From assembly GCA_002389045.1 (NCBI GenBank), contig DGNS01000015.1:376894-440893 (forward strand): a stretch of DNA of 64,000 bases, given 5' to 3'. This DNA comes from Thiotrichaceae bacterium UBA4486. GTDB taxonomy: Bacteria > Pseudomonadota > Gammaproteobacteria > Eutrophobiales > Eutrophobiaceae. The translations under genes and the position numbers were made by a program. This document shows, piece after piece, positions 10,181 through 20,753 of this stretch. Below the pieces are notes generated by a model that was not told the DNA's origin, did not search any database, and worked only from the letters and a program-made list of their open reading frames with translations. Position 1 is the stretch's first letter; each line of letters begins with the position of its first letter.

Positions 10181-10807
10181 TCAGTGACGCAGACCGGGGC
10201 CGGCAATCGGCACAATACCTTCTCGTTGCAGACGCTCGGCTGCCAGCCGACTGCCTGTCTGCTGCCAGATTTCGTATAGTCGCATGATGTCGCGGTTATT
10301 CCCGCAGTTCATCTGTTCCCCGACCTCGGTAAGGATGTCGATTGCAGCTATAAATTTATCGGCCAGCTCATTGAAGATTTCACAAAAAGCCTGGCTGTTG
10401 AATGTATTCCGGCTGTTAGTGGCGAGATAACTGTAGGCATTGCCACCCATGGCGACATAGTAATCCACATCCACGAGGCTGCGATGCAGGCTGTAGGAAA
10501 ACAGACCGGAAACAAACAGGGACAGATCACCCAGTCGCTTCAGGCAGACGATGCGTTCCCTGCGCGTTCTGGCTTCGACCGCCTCGGCATAGATCATCGC
10601 CAGTGCCGGTGTGCTGTTACCCTCGGCGTGTTTATCGAAAAGCTTGCTGGTCCGGGTAAAATCAGTAAGCAGGTTGGCAAGATAAAAAACAGTTTCCGGC
10701 AACATATCCTGGCGCTGGCGCTCGACTGCCCTGTTGACACTGTCCTGGAAGTATTCCCGCAAACCGGTTTGGCTGATCAGGCGTTCTCGTTCAGATAAAT
10801 CATTCAT
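10181..10807 (-). CDS. Hypothetical 208-aa protein. First gene of a coupled pair.
   Basis: Clean ORF with typical GC. Its stop lies 2 nt from the start of the next gene. I recognise no family. Confidence 0.55.
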   Translation of the reverse strand: MNDLSERERLISQTGLREYFQDSVNRAVERQRQDMLPETVFYLANLLTDFTRTSKLFDKHAEGNSTPALAMIYAEAVEARTRRERIVCLKRLGDLSLFVSGLFSYSLHRSLVDVDYYVAMGGNAYSYLATNSRNTFNSQAFCEIFNELADKFIAAIDILTEVGEQMNCGNNRDIMRLYEIWQQTGSRLAAERLQREGIVPIAGPGLRH

Positions 10808-10966
10808 AACCCCGTTGCTCCGAAATGTGAAATGATATTACCCAAAGTAAACTCTGATGAATCTGTTCAGAGTCCCATATCTATATTCAGCGGAACATTA
10901 CCCGCATTACTTTAAAAGCTATACAGGTTATTGAGTTTTGTGAAGTTAGCAGTCACGGGGGAATGC

Positions 10967-11090
10967 TGATAACAGACTACAGACTACAGACTACAGACGA
11001 CAGATAACAGATAACAGTGAAGCGGGTGTCTGGCTTCAGGCTGACGGCGACCATATTTGGTGAACGTTGAACGGTGAATGGTGAACGGGA
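10967..11090. repeat. Heptanucleotide microsatellite arrays: (AGACTAC)3-(AGACGAC)-(AGATAAC)2, then (G/T)TGAA(C/T)G x4, then TGGGGA x2.
   Basis: Tandem 7-mers at 10968-11017 and at 11060-11087. They lie in the intergenic region between the 10807 start (its promoter side) and the groEL terminator. Confidence 0.7.
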
Positions 11091-11107
11091 TAGTGGGGAA
11101 TGGGGAT

Positions 11108-11140
11108 AAAAAAAGCCCCGCTTCGTGCGGGGCTTTTTTA
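11108..11140. terminator. Bidirectional rho-independent terminator (groEL 3' end).
   Basis: aaaaaaa-GCCCCGC-ttcgt-GCGGGGC-tttttta. It is flanked by an A-run and a T-run, so it can act on either strand. It sits 25 nt after the groEL stop. Confidence 0.75.
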
Positions 11141-11164
11141 CGAACCTTAACAGCAGATGGCGAA

Positions 11165-12829
<1,665 letters not shown>

Positions 12830-12848
12830 TCATGAACAGGGCCGGGTG

Positions 12849-13139
12849 TTAACCCTCGATGACACCCATGATGTCTTCTTCACGCATGACCAGGAGTTCC
12901 TGGTCATCGACCTTGACCTCGGTACCGGAGTACTTGCCGAACAGCACCTTGTCTCCGACTTTCAGGTCGATGGCGCGGACTTCGCCACTGTCCAGTACCT
13001 TGCCGTTACCCACGGCGATGACTTCGCCCTTGATGGGTTTCTCGGCAGCACTGTCCGGAATCACGATACCACCAGCGGAGGTTTTTTCTTCCTCCATGCG
13101 CTTGATAATCACGCGATCTTGTAATGGACGTATTTTCAT
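12849..13139 (-). CDS. groES: Co-chaperonin GroES (Hsp10).
   Basis: 96 aa, [44 protein letters not shown]... Confidence 0.95.
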   Translation of the reverse strand: MKIRPLQDRVIIKRMEEEKTSAGGIVIPDSAAEKPIKGEVIAVGNGKVLDSGEVRAIDLKVGDKVLFGKYSGTEVKVDDQELLVMREEDIMGVIEG

Positions 13140-13203
13140 CTTTGCAACTCCTCTATTAACTTATTGATATTTATGGAATTTTATTAAATCCCAAGTAATC
13201 CTG

Positions 13204-13230
13204 TTAGCACTCTACTTTAACGAGTGCTAG
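13204..13230 (-). promoter_or_regulatory. CIRCE operator (HrcA binding site) in the groES leader.
   Basis: TTAGCACTC-tactttaac-GAGTGCTAg. This is 9 bp, N9, 9 bp with one mismatch to the consensus TTAGCACTC-N9-GAGTGCTAA. It lies about 65 bp upstream of the groES ATG. Confidence 0.75.
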
Positions 13231-13231
13231 A

Positions 13232-13259
13232 AATATAGCGAAATATTTCCCTGTGTCAA
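13232..13259 (-). promoter_or_regulatory. Sigma70-type promoter for groESL.
   Basis: The minus strand reads TTGACA (13259..13254), a 16-nt spacer, then TATATT (13237..13232). The predicted transcription start falls inside CIRCE. Confidence 0.5.
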
Positions 13260-13324
13260 TCCGGGAGGAAAAAAACAGGTGTCCGCCCTGCAGATGGGGC
13301 CGGACAGCAGGATTTCAAGGGAAT

Positions 13325-13365
13325 ACAGGTTCGAAGTTCAAAGTTCGAACCCAGAACCTGGAACG
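13325..13365. repeat. Nested GTTC/GAAC palindromic element (REP-like), copy 1, just downstream of sat.
   Basis: caGGTTCGAAgttcaaaGTTCGAACCcaGAACCTGGAACGTTCC. Three nested or adjacent dyads built from GGTTC/GAACC units. Confidence 0.5.
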
Positions 13366-13368
13366 TTC

Positions 13369-14562
13369 CTACCGTCCCGCTTCGCTTTGATAAAAGCCCA
13401 TGAGTATGTGTGCGACCTCGGGACGGGCGAATTCTTCCGGGAGTTCCTCGCCGGCGGCCAGCATTTCCCGGACCTTCGTGCCCGAGAGCATGACAAAATC
13501 GTCCTGGGTGTGATCCTCCGCATCGCGCAGCATGACGACCCGGTTGAGTTTTTTCGAGTAGGCGGTGTGATCGGCCATGAAGATTTCGATTTCCAGGGTG
13601 CCCTCCGGGATATCATTGAAAATAGCCTGGGCATCGAAAGGCCCGTAATAATCACCAACGCCGGCGTGATCGCGGCCGACGATCAGATGCGTGCAGCCGG
13701 CATTTTGCCGGAAAATGGCGTGCAATACCGCTTCTCTCGGGCCGGCGTAGAGCATGTCAAAGCCGTAGCCGGTGATCTCGACCGTATTTTCGGGGAAATA
13801 GAGTTCCACCATCTTGCGGATGGCGGCGTCGCGCACATCGGCGGGAATGTCGCCGGGTTTGAGTTTTCCGAGCAGCATGTGAATGAGAATGCCGTCGGCA
13901 TTAACGGTCTCCCGGGCCATTTTGCAGAGTTCCTCGTGGGCCCGGTGCATGGGGTTACGGGTCTGGAATGCGACCACCTTTTCCCAGTTGTTTTTACTGA
14001 TCAGGTCACGGATCTGCGGGGCTGTGCGGAAAGTAGCCGGAAAATCCTTCTCGAAATAGCTGTAATTTAGCACCTGTATGGGACCCGAGATGGCATACCT
14101 GCCAGAACTCATGAAGGTCGCAACTCCCGGATGACCGGTGTCGGTAGTGCCGAAAGTATGCTCGGCGATTCGTTTCAGCAACTCGTCCGGGATTTCCTCT
14201 ATTTTCTCGACGTTCTGCACGGCCAGAACCGGATTTCCCTCTACGTTCGGGTCCAGCAGGGCGATGCGGTGGGCATCACGCAGGGAATCGATAGCATCTG
14301 TCCGGTTCATGATGGGCACCGGCCAGAACAGGCCATCCGTTGTGCGCATGTTCTCCGCCACGCTGAGAGCGTCGGCCAGGTTCATGTAACCGAAGAGAGG
14401 AGAGAAGTAACCCGCTCCGAGCATCACGGCGTTGGCCGCGGCGGCGGAATCGAGCAGCAGCGAAGGCAGTTCCGCGGCCACTTTTTCGAGTGCGGCACGT
14501 TGCTCGGGGTCTTCCACATACAGTGGCGTCAGCTCTTTTGAGCCATGGGGTTTGATCATCAC
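13369..14562 (-). CDS. sat: Sulfate adenylyltransferase (ATP sulfurylase), homo-oligomeric dissimilatory type.
   Basis: 397 aa, QTRNPMHRAHEEL and GRDHAG motifs. Length and architecture match the Sat of sulfur oxidisers rather than CysDN. Confidence 0.85.
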   Translation of the reverse strand: MMIKPHGSKELTPLYVEDPEQRAALEKVAAELPSLLLDSAAAANAVMLGAGYFSPLFGYMNLADALSVAENMRTTDGLFWPVPIMNRTDAIDSLRDAHRIALLDPNVEGNPVLAVQNVEKIEEIPDELLKRIAEHTFGTTDTGHPGVATFMSSGRYAISGPIQVLNYSYFEKDFPATFRTAPQIRDLISKNNWEKVVAFQTRNPMHRAHEELCKMARETVNADGILIHMLLGKLKPGDIPADVRDAAIRKMVELYFPENTVEITGYGFDMLYAGPREAVLHAIFRQNAGCTHLIVGRDHAGVGDYYGPFDAQAIFNDIPEGTLEIEIFMADHTAYSKKLNRVVMLRDAEDHTQDDFVMLSGTKVREMLAAGEELPEEFARPEVAHILMGFYQSEAGR

Positions 14563-14639
14563 TCTCTCCGTTCTGTTAACTGTTGCAAAATGGGCGCTTA
14601 CGATAATGTACCTGCCGATTATTTCAAGTAGTCAATGCA

Positions 14640-14715
14640 AGGTTCTACGTTCAAGGTTCGAGGTTCAACGTTATCTCGTGCTTTCCTGAACCCAGAACCC
14701 TGAACCTTGAACCTT
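14640..14715. repeat. Large imperfect palindrome of GGTTC/GAACC units (REP-like), copy 2, just upstream of sat.
   Basis: The left arm is AAGGTTC-tac-GTTCAAGGTTC-ga-GGTTCAAC and the right arm is GAACC-ca-GAACC-ct-GAACCTTGAACCTTGAAC-tt-GGAACC, with about 20 nt between the arms. Confidence 0.5.
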
Positions 14716-14733
14716 GAACTTGGAACCCTGAGC

Positions 14734-15306
14734 TTATCCATCCCCCGGTCCCGGTTCAAACCGGAAACCGTTCGACTCCCTGATAATGTTGCCCGTGCGC
14801 AGCGGATACCGGTTCGAAGGCCGGTCCTGGAAATAAAACCGCAGTGTCTGGCGTATGGTTGTGAATGCAAGATCATCCCAGGGTATGTCTTCTTCGCGGA
14901 ACAGTTGCACATCCTCGCTTTCCTGACCGGGTCTGAAATCCAGATCCAGCAGCCTGGAGCGAAACATGATGTACACCTGGTTGATGTGGGGCAGGTTAAA
15001 CATGGAATAAAGTCCCTGAACCTCGACCCGGGCAGTGGCCTCTTCCCAGGTCTCGCGGATCGCGCCTTCGATACTGGTTTCATCGAGTTCCATGAAGCCG
15101 GCGGGCAGGGTCCAGTAACCCCGCCGCGGTTCGATGGAACGTTTACACAACAAAATCCGGTCTTCCCATACCGGCAGGCAGCCGGTGACAATTTTCGGAT
15201 TTTCATAATGCACTACATCGCATCGTTCACAGACGAAGCGCGGGCGATCATCCTGTTGTGGTATTTTCCGGACTACGGGTTCACCGCACCAGCAGCAGAA
15301 TTTCAT
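14734..15306 (-). CDS. NUDIX hydrolase with an N-terminal zinc-ribbon.
   Basis: CCWCGEPV...CERCD zinc ribbon. Nudix box GYWTLPAGFMELDETSIEGAIRETWEEATARV. Confidence 0.8.
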   Translation of the reverse strand: MKFCCWCGEPVVRKIPQQDDRPRFVCERCDVVHYENPKIVTGCLPVWEDRILLCKRSIEPRRGYWTLPAGFMELDETSIEGAIRETWEEATARVEVQGLYSMFNLPHINQVYIMFRSRLLDLDFRPGQESEDVQLFREEDIPWDDLAFTTIRQTLRFYFQDRPSNRYPLRTGNIIRESNGFRFEPGPGDG

Positions 15307-15944
15307 GATGCCGGCACTCCTGCTGTCAACAGCGGTTTCAGCACCGGCCAGAGGTGATCGAGAATCATGGGTTGAGCCACGGCTTTCGGGTGCAGTCCGT
15401 CGTCCTGCATCAGTGCAGGGTCGTCGAACATGTCCCGCAGGATAAAGGGGGCCAGTGCAATGCCGTGCTGTTCGGCCAGCGATGTATAAATCGCGTCGAA
15501 ACGCCGGTTGTAAGCGGGGCCGTAGTTGGGTGGCAGGTGCATCTGTACCAGGATAATGCGTGAACCGGTATCGGCAAGCCGGGTGATAATTTCGGTAAGG
15601 TTATCGCGAATGGTGGCTGGTGGAAAACCGCGTAACCCGTCATTGGCGCCGAGTTCGACCAGGGTGATATCGGGCCGAACCCGATCCAGGATTTCGGGCA
15701 GGCGGACGAGTGCCCCGGTGGTGGTTTCGCCGCTGATGCTGGCGTTAATGACTTCGTATGGACAATCCTGATCCTGTAACCGCCGTTTCAACAGGCTGAC
15801 CCAGCCGCTGTCCACGGGTATGCCGTAGGCCGCGCTGAGACTGTCACCCAGAATCAGTATGTTTCCACCGCCCGCCTGAACCGGTGTGACAATTGCGGGA
15901 CAAATAAGCAGAATGACAACAAGGCAGAGTGAATACAATCGCAT
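15303..15944 (-). CDS. tesA: GDSL-family acyl-CoA thioesterase I / lysophospholipase L1 (TesA-like).
   Basis: Signal peptide, then ILILGDSLSAAYG (the GDSL motif) and a C-terminal DGLHP. Its stop overlaps the NUDIX start as ATGA. Arranged divergently against ybbA as in E. coli. Confidence 0.8.
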   Translation of the reverse strand: MRLYSLCLVVILLICPAIVTPVQAGGGNILILGDSLSAAYGIPVDSGWVSLLKRRLQDQDCPYEVINASISGETTTGALVRLPEILDRVRPDITLVELGANDGLRGFPPATIRDNLTEIITRLADTGSRIILVQMHLPPNYGPAYNRRFDAIYTSLAEQHGIALAPFILRDMFDDPALMQDDGLHPKAVAQPMILDHLWPVLKPLLTAGVPAS

Positions 15945-16608
15945 GATACAGGTAGAAAATCTGGGCAAAGTGATAAATGGTCCGGCTCAACGTCTGACCA
16001 TACTGGATAATATCAGTTTTTCCATTAATGCAGCGGAATCCGTCGCCATTGTCGGGGTGTCCGGCTCCGGCAAGTCCACTTTACTGGGTCTGATGGCCGG
16101 GCTTGACCTTCCCTCCCACGGCCGCGTCTGCCTGGATGGAGCGGATTTGAATCAACTGGATGAAGACGGGCGCGCCCGCGTGCGCCATCAGCGCGTCGGA
16201 TTCGTTTTTCAGTCTTTTCAACTGCTGCCCGGATTGACCGCCCTGGAAAACGTACTGTTGCCGCTGGAGCTCAACGGAACGGCGGGCAGCGAGCAGATGG
16301 CCCGGGACTGGCTGCAACAGGTTGGGTTGAAAGATCGCATACATCACTATCCCAATCAGCTTTCCGGGGGTGAACAGCAGCGTGTAGCGATTGCCCGGGC
16401 GTTTGTCGGCGGACCGAAAATTCTCTTTGCCGATGAACCGACCGGAAACCTGGATCAAACCACGGCGGCACAGATCATCGAACTGCTGTTTCGGCTGAAT
16501 ACCGAGGAAGGCACGACGCTGGTGATCGTTACTCATGATGAAAATATTGCCGATCGCTGTCTGCGACGGCTGACGCTGGCGGGTGGAAGGTTGCAAGACA
16601 GCACATGA
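15943..16608 (+). CDS. ybbA: ABC transporter ATP-binding protein (YbbA/LolD-like).
   Basis: Walker [10 protein letters not shown], the ABC signature LSGGEQQR, and Walker B ILFADEP. Its start overlaps the tesA start by 2 nt on the opposite strand. Confidence 0.85.
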   Translation: MIQVENLGKVINGPAQRLTILDNISFSINAAESVAIVGVSGSGKSTLLGLMAGLDLPSHGRVCLDGADLNQLDEDGRARVRHQRVGFVFQSFQLLPGLTALENVLLPLELNGTAGSEQMARDWLQQVGLKDRIHHYPNQLSGGEQQRVAIARAFVGGPKILFADEPTGNLDQTTAAQIIELLFRLNTEEGTTLVIVTHDENIADRCLRRLTLAGGRLQDST

Positions 16609-19085
16609 ACCGGATCGTCTTTTCTCTGCGTTACCTGCTGCGCGACTGGCGCTCCGGTGAGTTACGCATCATTGCCCTGGCGCTGGTTATCGCGGTCGCC
16701 AGCCTGACGACGGTGGGCTTTTTTACCGATCGTATCGAACAGGCCATGGAAATACAGGCAACCGAACTGCTGGCCGCCGACCTGGTGTTGTCGTCCAGTG
16801 CGCCGATAGCGGAGCCGGTGCGCCGCCGCGCCGAAGAGATGAATCTCGTCACCTCGCTGAGCAGTGGATTCCGCAGTGTGATCATGGCCGGGGAAACCCT
16901 GCAAATGGCCGAGGTCAAGGCGGTGGATGAAAGTTATCCGATCCGCGGCGCACTGAAGGTCGCGGACGTATTGTTTGCTCCGGATCGCATCACCCGTGAA
17001 GTGCCCGCGCGGGGAGAGGCCTGGGCCGACGCCCGCCTGCTGCAACTGCTGAACCTGTCCGTCGGCGACACGCTGGAAGTGGGCGCCTCAACGCTCAAGG
17101 TCACTCGCGTATTAACCTTCGAGCCGGACCGCGGCGGCGATTTGTTCAATATTGCCCCGCGGTTGTTGATGAACCGAGCCGACGTGGATGCCACCGGGCT
17201 GATCCTGCCCGGCAGCCGCGTCAGCTACCATCTGCTGCTCGGCGGCCAAATCGCCGATCTCAACAGTTTCAGGGCATGGGTGAGTGACAACCATGGCGGC
17301 AATATCAAGGTGCGTGGGATCCGCGACGCCCGCCCGGAGCTGAAAACGGCGCTGGACCGGGCCAGTCAGTTTCTCGGCCTGGCCGCGCTGGTAAGCATCG
17401 CCCTGGCCGGGATGGCCGTGGCCATGAGTACCCAGCGCTATGTCAGCCGGCACCTGGATCACTGCGCCATCATGCGTTGCCTGGGTACAAGTCAGGCCGT
17501 GGTGCTGCACATATACCTGATCCAGTGCCTGGTGCTGGCACTGGTCAGCAGCGTTATCGGCAGTGCGATCGGCTATCTTTGCCAGCAAGGTCTGGCGGTA
17601 CTGATGAGCGGCCTGGTGCAGGGGCAATTACCGCCGCCGTCGCCGTGGCCGGTATTGACCGGCATTCTGACCGGCATCATTACGGTCTGTGGTTTTGCCG
17701 TCCCGCAACTCCTGCGCATTCGTGCCGTTTCACCGATGCGGGTATTGCGCCGCGACCTGACTCCGCTGCCGGTCAGCGGCGTACTGGTCTATGCTGCCGC
17801 CATTGTGGCGCTGGCCTTGTTGATCCCGTGGCAGTCGGGTGAACCGCGCCTGTCCGTGTACAGTCTTGCCGGTCTGCTGATCACGGCTCTGGCCCTGGCC
17901 GGCGGCGCCCGCCTGATCATCGCCGGAATACGCCGCTTGAAACTTCGCGGCGCCGCGATTCGCTACGGTCTGGCCAATGTTTCGCGACGTGGTGGCCAGA
18001 GCGTGGCCCAGATCATCGGCATCGGGCTCGGCTTTACGGTCATGCTGTTGCTGGCCCTGATCCGCACCGACCTGCTGGAAAACTGGCGTGACCGTCTGCC
18101 ACCGGGAACGCCGAATTATTTCCTGATCAATATACAGCCGGAGGAAGTACGCAGCATTCAAAACACCCTCTATGAACAGGGGCGCGTGGTCACCGATTTC
18201 TTCCCCATGATTCGTGGTCGCCTGGTGCGCATTAACGACTGGCAGGTGGAAGTGGACGCATACGGGGATGACCGCGCCCGGCGCCTGGTATCGAGGGAGT
18301 TTAACCTGTCCTTTACCGAAACCATGCAATCGCATAACCGGCTGGTGGCCGGAGACTGGTGGCAGACGGGCGAGGATCACGTGTTTTCGGTGGAAGAGGG
18401 TATCGCCGAAACCCTGGGAATCAACATGGGCGATTCGCTGACCTATGAAGTGGCCGGTCGCGAGGTCAGCGGTGTGGTGAAAAATCTGCGCTGGGTGGAG
18501 TGGGATTCGTTCAACGTCAATTTCTTCGTCATTTCCAGTCCCGAGACGCTGGAAGGTTATCCGGCGACGTACATTACCAGCTTTTACCTGCCGCCCGGTG
18601 AGCGCGAGGTATTGACCACGCTGGTGCGTAATTATCCCAGCGTAACCGTTTTTGACGTGGACGCTGTGCTCTCCCAGGTACGGTTGCTCATGAACCAGGT
18701 CATTCGCGCCGTCGAATACGTTTTCGGATTTACCCTGCTCGCCGGCCTCGCCGTGCTCTTCGCCGCCCTGCAAACCACGCACGATGAGCGTAGACACGAA
18801 TCGGCATTACTGAGCGCCATGGGTGCTACCCGTCGGCAGATCCTGTTTGGTCTCATTGCTGAATTTGTCTGTCTCGGCCTGGTTGCCGGTCTATTGGCGG
18901 CACTGGGAGCCACCTTCGTGCAATGGCTGCTGGCCGAGTTCGTATTCAACCTCAGTGTCAGTATCAACCCCTGGGTGTGGATCGCGGGGCCGCTGCTGAG
19001 TGTCGCCGTGATCGTGATCGGCGGCCTGGCCGGAACCCGGCGGACCCTCACCTCTCCGCCCATGCTGGCGCTGAGGCAGGTCTGA
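16605..19085 (+). CDS. ybbP: ABC transporter permease with duplicated FtsX-like domains (YbbP).
   Basis: 826 aa, multiple transmembrane segments arranged as a duplicated MacB/FtsX architecture. Overlaps the ybbA stop by 4 nt. Confidence 0.85.
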   Translation: MNRIVFSLRYLLRDWRSGELRIIALALVIAVASLTTVGFFTDRIEQAMEIQATELLAADLVLSSSAPIAEPVRRRAEEMNLVTSLSSGFRSVIMAGETLQMAEVKAVDESYPIRGALKVADVLFAPDRITREVPARGEAWADARLLQLLNLSVGDTLEVGASTLKVTRVLTFEPDRGGDLFNIAPRLLMNRADVDATGLILPGSRVSYHLLLGGQIADLNSFRAWVSDNHGGNIKVRGIRDARPELKTALDRASQFLGLAALVSIALAGMAVAMSTQRYVSRHLDHCAIMRCLGTSQAVVLHIYLIQCLVLALVSSVIGSAIGYLCQQGLAVLMSGLVQGQLPPPSPWPVLTGILTGIITVCGFAVPQLLRIRAVSPMRVLRRDLTPLPVSGVLVYAAAIVALALLIPWQSGEPRLSVYSLAGLLITALALAGGARLIIAGIRRLKLRGAAIRYGLANVSRRGGQSVAQIIGIGLGFTVMLLLALIRTDLLENWRDRLPPGTPNYFLINIQPEEVRSIQNTLYEQGRVVTDFFPMIRGRLVRINDWQVEVDAYGDDRARRLVSREFNLSFTETMQSHNRLVAGDWWQTGEDHVFSVEEGIAETLGINMGDSLTYEVAGREVSGVVKNLRWVEWDSFNVNFFVISSPETLEGYPATYITSFYLPPGEREVLTTLVRNYPSVTVFDVDAVLSQVRLLMNQVIRAVEYVFGFTLLAGLAVLFAALQTTHDERRHESALLSAMGATRRQILFGLIAEFVCLGLVAGLLAALGATFVQWLLAEFVFNLSVSINPWVWIAGPLLSVAVIVIGGLAGTRRTLTSPPMLALRQV

Positions 19086-19093
19086 GAGCCGAC

Positions 19094-19390
19094 ATGACGT
19101 CGGTTTATTTCGGCGATTTCCGGGCCTATGTGAGCGAACATCGAAAAGCCGTGGAAGCCATGGTCGAAGAGTCCCACACCACCGCGTGGTTCCTGCTGCG
19201 TTATCTCAGGCGCATCGAGAAACAGGCCGCCGAACCCGGGAGCAAGACGCGTATGGAAGGGCTGATGCGTTCCATGATCCGGTTTTACGTCGATAACATC
19301 GATGAGCAATCGGAGCTTGGCGATCGTTGCCAGAAAATCTACGCCGAGTATCGTCGCACGCTGAGGGTGTATCAGGACCCGGGCAGCTGA
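19094..19390 (+). CDS. Hypothetical 98-aa protein.
   Basis: ORF with typical GC starting 9 nt after the ybbP stop (MTSVYFGDFRAYVSEHRKAVEAMVEESHTTAWFLLRYLRRIEKQAAEPG...). I recognise no family. Confidence 0.45.
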   Translation: MTSVYFGDFRAYVSEHRKAVEAMVEESHTTAWFLLRYLRRIEKQAAEPGSKTRMEGLMRSMIRFYVDNIDEQSELGDRCQKIYAEYRRTLRVYQDPGS

Positions 19391-19526
19391 ATCAGGTGAT
19401 TCATGATGGTCAGCAAACCATGACATTGCGGCAGCCGCTTTTGTTATCATGGGTTCGCAGGAGACTGCGAGATGCTTTAAACATTCCGGAGTCAATTAAC
19501 CACAATATGTAAATAAGGAGATTGCC

Positions 19527-19712
19527 ATGGCCTCCCAGCAAATCAGCGAATACCTGCTGTTAACCAATTCCAACCCGATGCAGTTATCCATGAAAGTGAA
19601 TGAAAAAATCCAGGAGGGATGGCTGCCGTTCAACGGCGTGGCCGTGGGCCTGGCGCTGGATGCGGGCAACAGTCTGACCAGTTATGCGCAGGCCCTGGTG
19701 AAGTATCAGTAA
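19527..19712 (+). CDS. Small DUF1737-like protein (61 aa).
   Basis: AAGGAG Shine-Dalgarno 6 nt upstream. The pattern YLLLTNSN...KIQEGWLPFNGVAVG resembles the small DUF1737 family (Y.LLTG...GW.L.G). Confidence 0.5.
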   Translation: MASQQISEYLLLTNSNPMQLSMKVNEKIQEGWLPFNGVAVGLALDAGNSLTSYAQALVKYQ

Positions 19713-19747
19713 CCTCTGCCGGAGCCAGAGTACCGTCGGGTGATGAT

Positions 19748-20752
19748 TCACTCATGCGTCATGGGATAACGCTCCATGATGTAGCAAAAGCAGTCCTTGC
19801 GAATGACATCGGTATTGACGGTGATCATGGCCGGAACGATGCTGCGCCGGGTGCGCAGTTTGCCATCCTCGATACAGAAATACTGTTCGCCGACCTCGTT
19901 GCCCTGTTCATCGAGAATATCCAGTACCCGTTCAATACCGGGCCTGACCCGGCCCATGACGGTAGCTTCGGGCAGTTCGCGAAAGTTGAATTTCTCTATC
20001 CCCTTGTCGAAACACAGGTCGTGGTCGCCGTCATCAAAACCGAAATTGATACTACCGGGGATCTTGACGATGGCCACGGTGTGGTAGAGATCGATATGCT
20101 GGCTGCTGACCGTGTGATCCGAAAGCGCTTCCAGTTCGAGGCAACGGACAAGAAAATCCAGCGCATGCCGGGTGCTGTTGCTGTCACCGGAGGTCCCGCA
20201 CTCCACGGTGACGGCGGGACAGAGTTCGGCAAAGGTCATGCTCTGTACACCCTTGGGACGGATAAAATACACCACCGTCCGTGAAAACAGGATCGCCAGT
20301 TGCAGGTATCTTGAGTAGGTATTGTTGACGCAGGCGTAATGCGGATTTTTCCCGGTGTTGTTATGGATGTCGATACTGAGAAACACCTCGCGCTGTTTCA
20401 TTTCGCTGACTACCTGTTGCATCATTTTGTGCTCGGGTGTTTCTCCCGTTCCCCAGATGCGGTTGTAGTCCGGCTGATGATCCAGAAAACGCTGGTTGTA
20501 ACGGGCGGCTTCTATGTTGCCGATGAACACGGAGACGGCGCGCGGTAACCGGCGTCCGGCGTAACCGGCGAGCAGACGGCGCACGGCCTCCCAGCCCGTA
20601 TGTTCGTTACCGTGCAGTAACACCGACACGAACATGGGCCGGCTGCGAAGCCCCGGGAGGTGCAGCAGAGTCGGGCCGGGTAACAGGGTATGCAACTCCG
20701 GCGCCGGTGTGTCGAGTAATCCCGCGGGGATCTGGTCGATGATATTCAACAT
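19748..20752 (-). CDS. Succinylglutamate desuccinylase / aspartoacylase family (M14-like zinc hydrolase).
   Basis: VSVLLHGNEHTGWEA metal-binding motif. Its start at 20752 lies 1 nt after the upstream GCS2 stop. The alternative start at 20800 overlaps that gene. Confidence 0.75.
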   Translation of the reverse strand: MLNIIDQIPAGLLDTPAPELHTLLPGPTLLHLPGLRSRPMFVSVLLHGNEHTGWEAVRRLLAGYAGRRLPRAVSVFIGNIEAARYNQRFLDHQPDYNRIWGTGETPEHKMMQQVVSEMKQREVFLSIDIHNNTGKNPHYACVNNTYSRYLQLAILFSRTVVYFIRPKGVQSMTFAELCPAVTVECGTSGDSNSTRHALDFLVRCLELEALSDHTVSSQHIDLYHTVAIVKIPGSINFGFDDGDHDLCFDKGIEKFNFRELPEATVMGRVRPGIERVLDILDEQGNEVGEQYFCIEDGKLRTRRSIVPAMITVNTDVIRKDCFCYIMERYPMTHE

Positions 20753-20753
20753 G

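Noticed and set aside
10967-11090. Short direct repeats considered as a possible CRISPR array.
   Set aside because: The units are 7 nt with no spacers, far too short for CRISPR. This is a microsatellite.
13328-13352. GGTTCGAA...TTCGAACC, which resembles a tRNA T-arm (GGTTCGAATCC).
   Set aside because: It is one arm of a nested palindrome. It has no acceptor stem, D-arm or anticodon arm around it, so it is not a tRNA.
13279-14070. 263-aa plus-strand ORF antisense to sat. There are similar long antisense ORFs at 12276-13124 (opposite groEL), 17730-18797 (opposite ybbP), 19619-20284, 20634-21521, 35185-35886, 54310-55137 and 55309-56301.
   Set aside because: Each lies entirely within a well-supported conserved gene on the opposite strand. 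Long shadow ORFs are expected at about 60% GC. No family resemblance and no Shine-Dalgarno signals.
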